Origin: an uncultured Burkholderiales bacterium
Lineage (GTDB): Bacteria; Pseudomonadota; Gammaproteobacteria; Burkholderiales; Eutrophovitaceae
Reading direction: 5' to 3'
Length of the DNA: 64,000 nt
NCBI GenBank assembly: GCA_951812315.1
Contig: CATOSA010000021.1
Location: 18,705 to 82,704, forward strand
Numbering within the stretch: the stretch's first letter is position 1; every line of letters starts with the position of its first letter. Below, in pieces: positions 31,337 to 40,900 of the stretch. The position numbers and the translations under genes are program-made. The notes below the pieces were generated by a model. It was not told where the DNA came from and did not search any database. It saw only the letters and a program-made list of their open reading frames with translations.

Positions 31337-32299
31337 ATGCCGCGTGAATCCTCTCCAAGGGAAAAGCGGCGAAGCCTGATGATTAGTCGATTCCACCGAT
31401 CGGATCGAGGAATAAAGCGATTCGCGTCGGCCAGGCTGTGGTCGTGCACGCTTGTTATGGTTGCATCTGCCGCTGTGTCACTGGCAGCGCCGCAGCCCGC
31501 ACTGGCGGAGTCCGTTGCCGATAGCGAGGCGGTCGAGAGCCGCCCGATCATCCTGGCGCAAGCGGAATCGGAGACTGAAGCGCGCGCAATGGTCAACCTG
31601 ATGAACCAGCTCGACGGGTTGAACCGCGACTTGAACAAATTACGCGGCAAGCTCGAGGAGTTGAACAACAGTATTCTGAACGCCGAAAAGCGCCAAAGGG
31701 ATATGTATCTGGATCTCGACACGCGTCTGCGGCGTATCGAAACATCCAGCGCGGAAACATCAGATATCGCAAAAAAGGCCGGCGAGGCAGTGTCGGCGAT
31801 GCAAGCACGTATCGATCAACTTGAAACCTCTGCCGCAACCGGAACGCCCTATGTGGCACCGGACGGCGAAAGGGCGGGCGATCCGGCCGGGACGCCGCCT
31901 CCGGGAAATTCCGAAAGGATGAATGCGGTGGTCCATGGCACCTATGAAGATGCCATGCTCAAGTATCGGGCGAGGGAATATCAGGATGCCATCAAAGCGT
32001 TCCAGGCCATCGTCACGCGCTTTACCCAACACCCGCTCGCTGCAAATGCGCAGTACTGGACTGGCGACTCGTTTTATCAGTTGCGAGCCTACCGTGCAGC
32101 AATTGACGCGCAGAAATTGCTGATTGCGACCTATCCTGAAAGCGCGAAAGTACCGGACTCCTTACTCAATATGGGAAGCGCGCAGCTTGGATTGGGTGAT
32201 GCCGATACGGCACGCCAGTCATGGCAACGGCTGATTGAAGAATATCCTGGGTCGCGAGCTGCGGCTAAGGCCGCAGACCGGCTCAAACGCCTGCCCTGA
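31337..32299 (+). CDS. cpoB: Cell division coordinator CpoB (YbgF)
   Basis: Signal peptide, coiled-coil region and C-terminal TPR (YQDAIKAFQAIV...AANAQYWTGDSFY). The start is uncertain (31337 or 31379). Confidence 0.8.
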   Translation: MPRESSPREKRRSLMISRFHRSDRGIKRFASARLWSCTLVMVASAAVSLAAPQPALAESVADSEAVESRPIILAQAESETEARAMVNLMNQLDGLNRDLNKLRGKLEELNNSILNAEKRQRDMYLDLDTRLRRIETSSAETSDIAKKAGEAVSAMQARIDQLETSAATGTPYVAPDGERAGDPAGTPPPGNSERMNAVVHGTYEDAMLKYRAREYQDAIKAFQAIVTRFTQHPLAANAQYWTGDSFYQLRAYRAAIDAQKLLIATYPESAKVPDSLLNMGSAQLGLGDADTARQSWQRLIEEYPGSRAAAKAADRLKRLP

Positions 32300-32396
32300 A
32301 ACCATTTTCCACCTGTATTTGCCGCGGTGCTTGACGATCCTCAACCTGCGCTGAACAGGCCGTAAACATGGCCGGGAGTATTCTGTTAACACGCAA

Positions 32397-33071
32397 ATGA
32401 AACATGCCGTCGTTCTTGTCTCTGGTGGGCTGGATTCAGCGACAACATTGGCGTTGGCACGTCAACAAAGCTTCGAGTGTTTCGCACTTTCTGTCGACTA
32501 TGGACAGAGGCACCGCGTCGAGCTGGAATGTGCCGCGCGCATTGCCGCTGCGCTGGGCGCTCGTGAACACAAAGTTATCGAAGTCGACCTGACGGCCTTT
32601 GGAGGTTCGGCGTTGACCGATCAGTCAATCGCAGTGCCCAACGCGCACCAGACAGACGGCATTCCGTCAACATATGTTCCGGCACGCAATACGATCATGT
32701 TGTCGCTCGCGCTTGCCTGGGCCGAAGTGAGCGCTTGTCAGGATATTTTCATTGGTGCGAACGCTGTGGACTATTCGGGTTACCCTGATTGTCGGCCCGA
32801 ATATTTGCGGGCATATGAAGCGATGGCCAATCTTGCGACGAAGGCCAGCGTCGAGGGTGAGCGGCTTCGTGTTCATGCGCCGCTGCTTCGGCTCAGCAAG
32901 GCGAAGATCATCAAGTTGGGATCCGACCTTGGCGTAGACTTTTCGCAAACGGTTTCGTGTTATCAGCCGAACGCGGCTGGCCTCGCCTGTGGTCAATGTG
33001 ATTCCTGCGCTATTCGGCGAAAAGGTTTCGAAGACGCGGGCATTGGCGGCGATCCGACGGCCTATGTCTGA
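32397..33071 (+). CDS. queC: 7-cyano-7-deazaguanine synthase QueC
   Basis: [18 protein letters not shown]-loop and a C-terminal Cys cluster CGQCDSC. Confidence 0.95.
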   Translation: MKHAVVLVSGGLDSATTLALARQQSFECFALSVDYGQRHRVELECAARIAAALGAREHKVIEVDLTAFGGSALTDQSIAVPNAHQTDGIPSTYVPARNTIMLSLALAWAEVSACQDIFIGANAVDYSGYPDCRPEYLRAYEAMANLATKASVEGERLRVHAPLLRLSKAKIIKLGSDLGVDFSQTVSCYQPNAAGLACGQCDSCAIRRKGFEDAGIGGDPTAYV

Positions 33072-33234
33072 TGGCAGAATGCGCACTGCGCGTATTGGTG
33101 TAGCTGGTCGTTTCGCATCGTATATCAGTTCACGGCAGAATTTGTCGTGTACTTGCTTGGTATCGCGTAGCATTGAGCGCAGGGTCTCGAAGACAACATT
33201 CGTGCAGTAATTGTGGGTGTCTCGGACAGCTCGG

Positions 33235-33264
33235 TTGACCGTTAAAGGCACCAACCGCTAAAAT
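33235..33264 (+). promoter_or_regulatory. Sigma-70-like promoter for tRNA-Lys
   Basis: TTGACC (33235-33240), an 18-nt spacer, then TAAAAT (33259-33264), ending 14 bp upstream of the tRNA 5' end. Confidence 0.5.
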
Positions 33265-33278
33265 GCGCGTCTTTTTTT

Positions 33279-33354
33279 GGGCGGTTAGCTCAGTTGGTAG
33301 AGCAGCGGACTTTTAATCCGTTGGTCCGGAGTTCGAGCCTCCGACCGCCTACCA
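33279..33354 (+). tRNA. tRNA-Lys (anticodon TTT)
   Basis: GGGCGGTTAGCTCAGTTGGTAGAGC D-arm, anticodon loop CTTTTAA, T-arm CGGAGTTCGAGCCTCCG, acceptor closing ACCGCCT plus ACCA. Confidence 0.92.
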
Positions 33355-33360
33355 GATGTG

Positions 33361-33396
33361 AGAAAGGGTTGGCGACATGCTGACCCTTTCTTTTTG
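33361..33396 (+). terminator. Rho-independent terminator after tRNA-Lys
   Basis: Stem AGAAAGGGT (33361-33369) with ACCCTTTCT (33383-33391), then TTTT. Confidence 0.6.
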
Positions 33397-33462
33397 GGAA
33401 TTATATACTTGACCCCTCGCTTAAAGTGGGCAAAATTGACCCATAATAGAGAGGGCGAAGTC

Positions 33463-34380
33463 ATGCAAGATAACGTAACAATAAGTACCTTCCAGCTTTT
33501 CCAAATGATGTTCCCCGATCAGGAGGCTGCCCGCAACTATCTTGAGGGCCGCCGTTGGCCCGAAGGTGCAGTTTGCCCTCACTGTGAAGAGAAAGAGCGC
33601 ATCACCCCTCGCAAAGGCGGTTACTATCGCTGCAATGCTTGCAAAAAGGATTTTACCGTGCGCACCGGCACGATCTTTGAGCGATCCCATGTGCAACTTC
33701 ACAAGTGGCTGTACGCTATGTACCTGCTTGTCACTTCGCGTAAGGGCATTTCCTCTCTCCAGTTGGGTAAAGAGATAGGCATCACCCAAAAGTCAGCATG
33801 GTTCGTCCTACAGCGACTACGTGAGGCTTGCGGTGATGATTTGGAGGCCCTGCGCGGCACAGTCGAGATTGACGAAACTTACATCGGTGGCAAGGAACGT
33901 AACAAGCATGCCAGCAAGAAGCTGAAAAAAGGTCGCGGGACCGTTGGCAAAACTGCTGTAGTAGGACTCCGCGAAAAGAAGGGGCGCACCATAGCGAAGC
34001 CGGTCAACAACACTGATACCGCCACCCTTCACGCTATGGTTCACCAACACGTCGAAACAGGCTCTATCCTTCATACCGACGAGCATTCTGGTTATCAAGG
34101 GCTGGACGGAATTTTCTATAAACACAAAACAATAAACCATGGCCAAGGCGAGTACGCCCGTGGTAATGTCAGCACCAACGGCCTTGAGAGCGTATGGGCC
34201 GTGATAAAACGAGGTCTGCATGGCGTATACCACCACGCAAGTGATAAGCACCTTGACCGATATGTTAATGAGTTCGCCTTTCGTCTGAATGAAGGTAATG
34301 TAAAGCGACACACGCTTGAAAGGCTGGATAGTTTTGTCGCTGCGTCAGAAGTGGACCCCGAAACTTGGACCCCCGCTTAA
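33463..34380 (+). CDS. IS1595-family (ISXO2-like) transposase
   Basis: N-terminal zinc ribbon CPHCEEKERI...YRCNACKKDFTVRTGTIFERS and a DDE core (VEIDETYIGGK, HTDEHSGY). GAGGG RBS before the ATG at 33463. The stop codon sits exactly at the junction with the IS3 element. Confidence 0.8.
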   Translation: MQDNVTISTFQLFQMMFPDQEAARNYLEGRRWPEGAVCPHCEEKERITPRKGGYYRCNACKKDFTVRTGTIFERSHVQLHKWLYAMYLLVTSRKGISSLQLGKEIGITQKSAWFVLQRLREACGDDLEALRGTVEIDETYIGGKERNKHASKKLKKGRGTVGKTAVVGLREKKGRTIAKPVNNTDTATLHAMVHQHVETGSILHTDEHSGYQGLDGIFYKHKTINHGQGEYARGNVSTNGLESVWAVIKRGLHGVYHHASDKHLDRYVNEFAFRLNEGNVKRHTLERLDSFVAASEVDPETWTPA

Positions 34381-34398
34381 GTGAAATCTCCATGGGGT

Positions 34399-35244
34399 TC
34401 AGGCCGCGCTCTTCAACGCCGTTTGTTCGAAGTACACCGCATCGGGGGTACGCCGGTCAAGCCCAGTGTGACGACGCCGGGTATTGTAAAAACGAAAGTA
34501 TTTGTCCAGTCCGGCGCGTAATGCCGCTGGCGTTTCATACGCGCGCAGATACACGTCTTCGTACTTCACACTGCGCCACAACCGTTCGACGAACACGTTG
34601 TCGATCCAGCGAGCCTTGCCGTCCATGCTGATCGTCACTTCGTGGTCCTTGAGAACGCGGGTGAACGCATCGGCCGTGAACTGCGTGCCCTGATCGGTGT
34701 TGAATATCTCGGGTGTACCGTAGCGAGGCAATGCCTCTTCGAGCGCCTCGACGCAAAAGTCGCTGTCCATCGTGTTCGACGCCCGCCACGAAAGCACCTT
34801 GCGCGTATGCCAGTGCATAATCGCCACGAGCTACATGAACCCCTTGGCCATCGGTAGATAACACATATCGCTCGCCCACACCTGGTTGGCCCGCGTGATT
34901 GTCATGTCCCTGAGCAAGTAAGGATAGATCTTGTGTCCCTTGTCTGGCGTGCTGGTGCGCCGCTTCGGTTACAGCGCCCTGATCTGCATCTGACGCATCA
35001 GCCGCTGTACGCGCTTACGATTGACCTGCAGCCCGCGTGTATCGAGTTCGTTGCGAATACGACGGCTTCCGTAGAACGGCAGCTCAAGGTGGATCTCGTC
35101 GATCAGGCGCATCAGCTCAAGGTCTTCGGCTGACACCTGTGCGCCGCGATAGTACGCTGTGCAGCGTGCCACTCCGAGTAACTCGCAGCGGCGTGCCCTG
35201 GACAGTTCGTGAGCGCTTTGAATCTGTGCTCGGCGCTCGCTCAC
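34399..35244 (-). pseudogene. IS3-family transposase OrfB with two in-frame nonsense codons
   Basis: One frame reads ...QIRAL*PKRRTSTPDKGHKIYPYLLRDMTITRANQVWASDMCYLPMAKGFM*LVAIMHWHTRKVL..., followed by an intact DDE/integrase core (FNTDQGTQFT, ISMDGKARWIDNVFVERLWRS). Confidence 0.8.
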
Positions 35245-35531
35245 CGGTCGCGCCCGAGCAACTTTGACAGAAAATCTTTCTCCATCGTCAGTTGCCCGAC
35301 CTTGGCGTGCAGCTTCTCGATTTCGCGTTCGGTGTGTTGCGCCTCAACTGCGTTGCCACCGAACACGTCCTCGGCACTATCGACCAGACGTTTCTTCCAG
35401 TCCTGGATCTGATTCGGGTGAACGTCGAACTGTTCAGCCAGCTCGGCCAGTGTGTGCTCGCCACGCACTGCGCCCAGTGCTACTTTGGCCTTGAAGCTCG
35501 CCGTGTGATTTCTTCTCTTTCTACGTGTCAT
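35241..35531 (-). CDS. IS3-family transposase OrfA (HTH)
   Basis: RRNHTASFKAKVALGAVRGEHTLAELAEQFDVHPNQIQDWKK plus a leucine-zipper-like tail. ATGA overlap with orfB. Confidence 0.85.
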   Translation of the reverse strand: MTRRKRRNHTASFKAKVALGAVRGEHTLAELAEQFDVHPNQIQDWKKRLVDSAEDVFGGNAVEAQHTEREIEKLHAKVGQLTMEKDFLSKLLGRDR

Positions 35532-36073
35532 CTTCGGATCCTCTCTGTGTCGTAAAAGAATAATCCATAAGATTTCACTTATCAGCTACATTTTGGTGTC
35601 CAGCCGTTGGGGTCCACCTCTATTGAAATATCATTTCGACGACTTTCGAGAGCACGCAAAATATCAATCGGGTTCGAATCGACCCATGCGTTTCAGTCGG
35701 AAACTAGCGGCACCGTGCAAACAATTGCACGCCAGATCAATATGAAATGTCGCACCTACATTCTTGCAAGTGGCGTGGGTCAAGCACGACCCTGGTTGGT
35801 GCGAATTGACCCATGCAACTGCGCGGGCAGAAAAACCCAAATAGAAACCGTGAACTAATGGTGGGCAGAACCGGTCGAGCGCACCAATCCGCATCGCGCA
35901 AAACGAGCGCGACGAACTACGACTTTGGTAGTAGCAATGGAAACTGCCTTAATCGCTGCGCAGGTGCAGGTAGTGTTTCAATGTTCGCGTGGTCAACGCT
36001 GGATCATCCAGAATGACTGAACGCGAACCCGACGAGGGAAACCGAACGAGCCGGACGGTGAAGCTCGACCAAG

Positions 36074-37069
36074 CTAGTTGAAAAAAGATCGGTCGATGCC
36101 GTGTTTTCGAATCAGCTTCCCAAGCGCGCGCCGCTCTTTTTGTAGCAATCGCGCCGCGGCGGAAACGTTGCCGTGGCTCGCCGCCAACGCGCGCGACAAT
36201 ATGCTTCTTTCAAAATCGGCAACGACGGCGGCCTTTGCGCGCCGAAATCCTAGGTCGAGTGGAATGTGCGCACCGACTTCCGGATTCGACGAAACCGAAT
36301 GGGAAGTCTCCTGCAACTCGCACAGATCGATACGCAAATTCGAGTCGTCCATCATCAAGAACTCACGCTGTACCAGGTTCTCAAGTTCGCGCACGTTACC
36401 CGGCCAGTTGTGATTGCAAAGAAGATCTTTTGCACGAGAATCCAGAATTGGCTCTGGCTTGTTGTTTTCGCGCGCCAGGCGGCGAATGAAGTGCTGCGCA
36501 AGAATCGCCGCGTCTCCGGGACGCTCGCGCAAGGCAGGCATTTGCAGCGACAAGATTGCCAACCGGTACAAGAGGTCTTGTCTGAACGATCCCGCCTTCA
36601 CCAGTTGTGGAAGATCGGCGTTGCTCGCCGCTATGACACGGACATTGGCCAGAGACTGAACTTTGCCGCCCAGTGGCTTGTATACCCGATCCTGCAGAAA
36701 TCGAAGCAACACCACCTGCCCCTTTGGCGAAAGCGTTTTAATTTCGTCAAGAAACAAAGTCCCGCCTTCAGCATTTGCGATCAAACCGCTCTGATTGTCA
36801 CGCGCGTCTGTATATGCCCCTCGGACGTGACCAAAGAATTCGTTCTCGATCAGCGAATCGGGAAGCGCGCCGCAGTTAACCGGAATGAAAGGACGGCTGC
36901 GTCTCGCGCCCAGATAATGAATAGCCCGCGCAGCCAACTCCTTGCCGGTTCCGGTTTCACCGCGAACCAGCACAATTGCATCGCACGCAGAAAACTTTTC
37001 AATTAGATGAAGTACGCGAAGAAATGACGGCGCCCGCCCAACAAGGTTGAGTTTACTGAAATCGTGCAT
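36074..37069 (-). CDS. PspF-like sigma-54-type AAA+ activator lacking an N-terminal sensor domain and carrying a variant GAFTGA loop
   Basis: Walker A GETGTGKE, Walker B GGTLFLDEI, WPGNVRELEN, C-terminal Fis-type HTH. The loop reads GAYTDA instead of GAFTGA. Confidence 0.85.
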   Translation of the reverse strand: MHDFSKLNLVGRAPSFLRVLHLIEKFSACDAIVLVRGETGTGKELAARAIHYLGARRSRPFIPVNCGALPDSLIENEFFGHVRGAYTDARDNQSGLIANAEGGTLFLDEIKTLSPKGQVVLLRFLQDRVYKPLGGKVQSLANVRVIAASNADLPQLVKAGSFRQDLLYRLAILSLQMPALRERPGDAAILAQHFIRRLARENNKPEPILDSRAKDLLCNHNWPGNVRELENLVQREFLMMDDSNLRIDLCELQETSHSVSSNPEVGAHIPLDLGFRRAKAAVVADFERSILSRALAASHGNVSAAARLLQKERRALGKLIRKHGIDRSFFN

Positions 37070-37420
37070 CTTCCTCTCCCTCCGAACCCGGCTGCGCTGA
37101 TGCTCCCGAGCGCATCAAATACACTGAAACGCAGCTGGCTCGAACAGAAGTCTCTAGCCGCTATCTATATCTTATATTTGCCTCCATTTATCGTACAAAG
37201 TTACAAATAAATCAAATCTCAAATTTGTTACAGGTTGATGCTGCATTAACTTTCTCCGCTAAGCCTCTGTCACTACTTGATTAAGCCATCGGCGGGATCT
37301 TCACCATGCAACGGCATAGCAATGAGCATGAGTATTCAGGGAAGTGCAAACGATTCCAATTTAGTTGACCCGGGCCTGCTTCGGTCGCGGCGTGAAGCAC
37401 AAATCCGGATCAAATTTGAT

Positions 37421-37753
37421 TCAATCGCTGCTGCCAAATTGACTGGCAAGAGCCAAGTGCATCGCCAAGCCCGTAAGTATCGTCCCGGCCAGGATTTTCA
37501 TGACGCGCTGCGCTCTGCGTGAACGGCTGAACCATACGCCAACAAGACCCGCAAATATGGCGACCGATCCGAACACCAGAATCGTCGCCAATATGAACAC
37601 GGCACCAAATACAAGAAGTTGAAGCACCACTGAACCGCGCCAGATCTGCAAATTAGGGAAGATGCGCAAGAATGAAGATCGAGACCTGCGGACTCCTAGC
37701 ATTTGTGATGATGCCACGCAAGTAGCGTTGCCCCGCACTTTCAGAGGAATCAT
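37421..37753 (-). pseudogene. Possible C-terminal remnant of a LysE/RhtB-family exporter
   Basis: Residues FLRIFPNLQ...VVLQLLVFGAVFILATILVFGSVAIFAG...MKILAGTILTGLAMHLAL resemble the last two or three TM helices of LysE-type proteins. No N-terminal half is present. Confidence 0.3.
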
Positions 37754-37982
37754 CTAGCAATCATTTTAGTCGGAGACTAGCCGTATTACCTTCCGGTGTT
37801 GCAGTTTGCGTTTCGCTTGCGAAGGAAATCCTGCCATATACGGCTCGCACATGTTTTCCTACCATCGAGGAATGCACGACCTTCATCTGCGCGATCGTCT
37901 TTCCATTTGACCCACACGGAATCGAAGACTAATCTGATGCGGGAAGTCCTCCGAGGCCCACTCAAGACGCAGCGAACTATCC

Positions 37983-40900
37983 ATGCAGTGCTCGCGATGC
38001 CAACACGAGAATCCCGCTAACGCGAAGTGCTGCGAGGAATGTGCGTCATCATTGCTGCGCGCTTGTTCAAACTGCGGAACGCAACTTCGCCCGAATGCAA
38101 AATTCTGTCCGCAGTGCGCGCACGCCGTCGACGCGACGCCCGATTCGGGACAAGAAACGCGAGGCTCGCCGACCTCTTACACGCCGAAGTATCTCGCCGA
38201 CAAGATCCTGACTTCGCGTAATGCCCTTGAAGGCGAACGCAAGCTGGTTACAGTTTTGTTTGCCGATCTCACCGGTTCGATGGAACTCCTCGCCGATCGC
38301 GACCCGGAGGAGGCACGAGCCATTCTCGATCCGGTGCTCGGTCACATGATGGATGCAGTGCACGCGTACGAAGGCACGGTCAATCAGGTGATGGGCGACG
38401 GCATCATGGCGTTGTTCGGTGCGCCGATTGCGCAGGAAGATCATGCGGTTCGGGCCTGCTACGCGGCAAAACGCATGCAAGAACGTATCTCAAGTTACGG
38501 TGACGAGGTGCAGCGCAAATTTGGCGTGCCGATTCAGATTCGCGTCGGACTGCATTCGGGTGAAGTCGTCGTCAGATCAATTGGAAGCGACCTGAAGATG
38601 GATTACTCGGCAATTGGACAAACGACTCATCTGGCTGCACGTATGGAGCAAACTGCCAAGCCGGGGACCGTTCTGGCTACCGCCGCCATGGTGGCACTTG
38701 CGGAAGGCTTCATCCAGGTCAATCCGCTGGGGCCAGTCGCGGTCAAGGGCATGAGCGAATTGGTCGACGTGTTCGAACTAACCGGTGCATTTGCAAGACG
38801 CACACGGTTGCAGGCACGCGCTGCCAGCGGAGGATTGAGCCAATTTGTCGGGCGGAAACATGAATTCGAGGTTTTGGCCAAGGCGACAAATTTTGCAAGG
38901 CAAGGCAAGGGACAGGCAGTCGCCGTTGTCGGTGAGCCCGGTGTCGGCAAGTCACGACTGTATTGGGAGTTCGCCCACTCACACCATACCAATGGCTGCC
39001 TGGTCGTGGAAGCGAGCTCGGTATCCTATGGCAAAGCGACCTCGTTTCTCCCAGTCATCGACTTACTAAAGAGTTACTTTCAGATCGGCGACAGCGACGA
39101 TGCGAGAAGGGTCAGGGAAAAGCTCACCGGCAAATTGTTGACATTGGACCGAACGCTCGAATCAGATTTGCCGCCACTCCTTGCTTTGCTGGACCAACCG
39201 GTCACAGATGAACAATGGCAGCAATTCGGTCCACCACTTCGACGACGCCGGACCCTGGCTGCGTTGAAACGACTGTGGTTACGCGAAGCGCAAAATCAAC
39301 CACTGGTTCTAATGTTCGAGGATCTGCACTGGATCGATGGCGAGACACAGGCGTTGCTAAACGAGCTGCTGGACGGAATTCCCGCTGCGCAAATCCTTTT
39401 GTTGTTCAACTACCGACCCGAGTACCGAAGTCCCTGGGGCAACAAGACGTTTTTCAACCAATTGCGACTCGATACGCTACCGGTCGAAAGTACGCAAGAA
39501 CTGCTTACCAGCTTACTCGGGTCAGAGCCTGCTCTCGAACCTCTCAAGCAAATGCTGGTCAAGCGAGGTAACCCTTTCTTCCTCGAAGAATCGGTGCGTA
39601 CGCTGCTTGAGACCGGTAATCTGGTGGGCGAGCGTGGCGCCTACAAGCTGGCGAGACCAATAGAGGCTTTGCAAATTCCCGCCTCTGTGCAGACCATCCT
39701 CACTGCACGCATCGATCGGCTCGACTCGGAAGATAAGCGATTGCTTCAGACTGCCGCTGCGATCGGCAAGGATGTGCCCTTCGAGCTACTCAAGGCTGTT
39801 GCGGAGATCGACGAATCAGATATCAACCAGGTGCTCGTTCGTCTGCAATCAGCCGAGTTCGTCTATGAGGCAGGTCTGTATCCGGATGTCGAGTACACAT
39901 TCAAACATGCACTCACGCATGAAGTGGCTTACGGCGGGCTCACGAAAGAACGCAGGTGCAAACTGCACGCGCGCATTGCCAACGCCATCGAACAAATCTA
40001 CGGCGAACGAATTGACGAGCACATGGAGCGCCTTGCGCATCATTCGCTAAGGGGTGAGGTATGGGACAAGGCAGTCGATTTCTCAAGACAGGCCGGAGCG
40101 CGCGCCTTCGCGCGATCGGCAAACGCCGAAGCGGTCAGATGGTGGGAGCAAGCCCTGGAGGCAACGGAACATCTGCCCGACGGCAAAGACAAGACCGGGA
40201 AACAAATTGACATCCGGCTCGAGTTGCGAGGGCCACTGATAACACTTGGAAACACGACCAAATGTCTAGAGTTAGCCAGACAGGCAGAATCGATCGCCGA
40301 GGACGCAAACGACCGCTACCGAACTGCATCGGCGCTCGCACATCAGGTTCACCCACAATATCAATCTTGCGAAGTGCGCAGCGCGATCGCAACTAGCAGA
40401 CGTGCAATGACCATTGCTACGGAAGACGAGTACATCGACGTACAAATAATCGCCAGTACATTCTTGCCACCGGCTCTGCAATTGACTGGTCACTGGGAGG
40501 AGGCCGACACGCTGTTTCGTACAAACATCTCACGCCTTTCCGGGCATATCGAACTACAACGATTTGGCAATCCGACTATTCCGGCGGCTTCGACTCGAGC
40601 CATGTACGCAATGATGCTTCGTTGGGCGGGTCGCTTCCAGGACGCCCTGGAGTTATTGGAACAAGCCGCCGACATTGCACGCCGCGCTTCCCACCCGTAC
40701 AGCGATGTGTTTGTGTTTTATGGCGCCTGCGCCGTGCTAGGACTCAAAGGCGATTTCAGTCAAGCAATCGAAAAGGGAGAACGCGCCGTCGAAATCTGCG
40801 AAGCTTGCGAAGGCTGGTTGCTTTACCCTTGGGTTTCCGGCGCACTAGGATCAGTCTATGCACAATCCGGCCGCACCCGTGAAGGCATCGATTTAATGAC

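Larger units (their letters stand above)
34382..35577 (-). mobile_element. IS3-family (IS407-like) insertion sequence, inactivated
   Basis: Terminal inverted repeats TGAAATCT... at 34382 and ...AGATTTCA at 35577 (the palindromic match extends to TAAGTGAAATCT). It contains orfA and a degraded orfB. No clean target duplication was found. Confidence 0.7.

Noticed and set aside
32300-32396. preQ1 riboswitch upstream of queC
   Set aside because: I read the 97-nt leader for the preQ1-I/II core (a short hairpin followed by an A-rich tail and ACCC/CUA elements) and found nothing resembling it.
36266-37006. 246-aa plus-strand ORF
   Set aside because: Antisense to the AAA+ activator gene, which has Walker A/B and WPGNVRELEN motifs. 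No motifs of its own.
35600-37982. Sigma-54 (-24/-12) promoter associated with the PspF-like activator or the giant genes
   Set aside because: No TGGCAC-N5-TTGC-like element was found by eye on either strand in these intergenic stretches. Absence is noted in the finding rather than calling a site.
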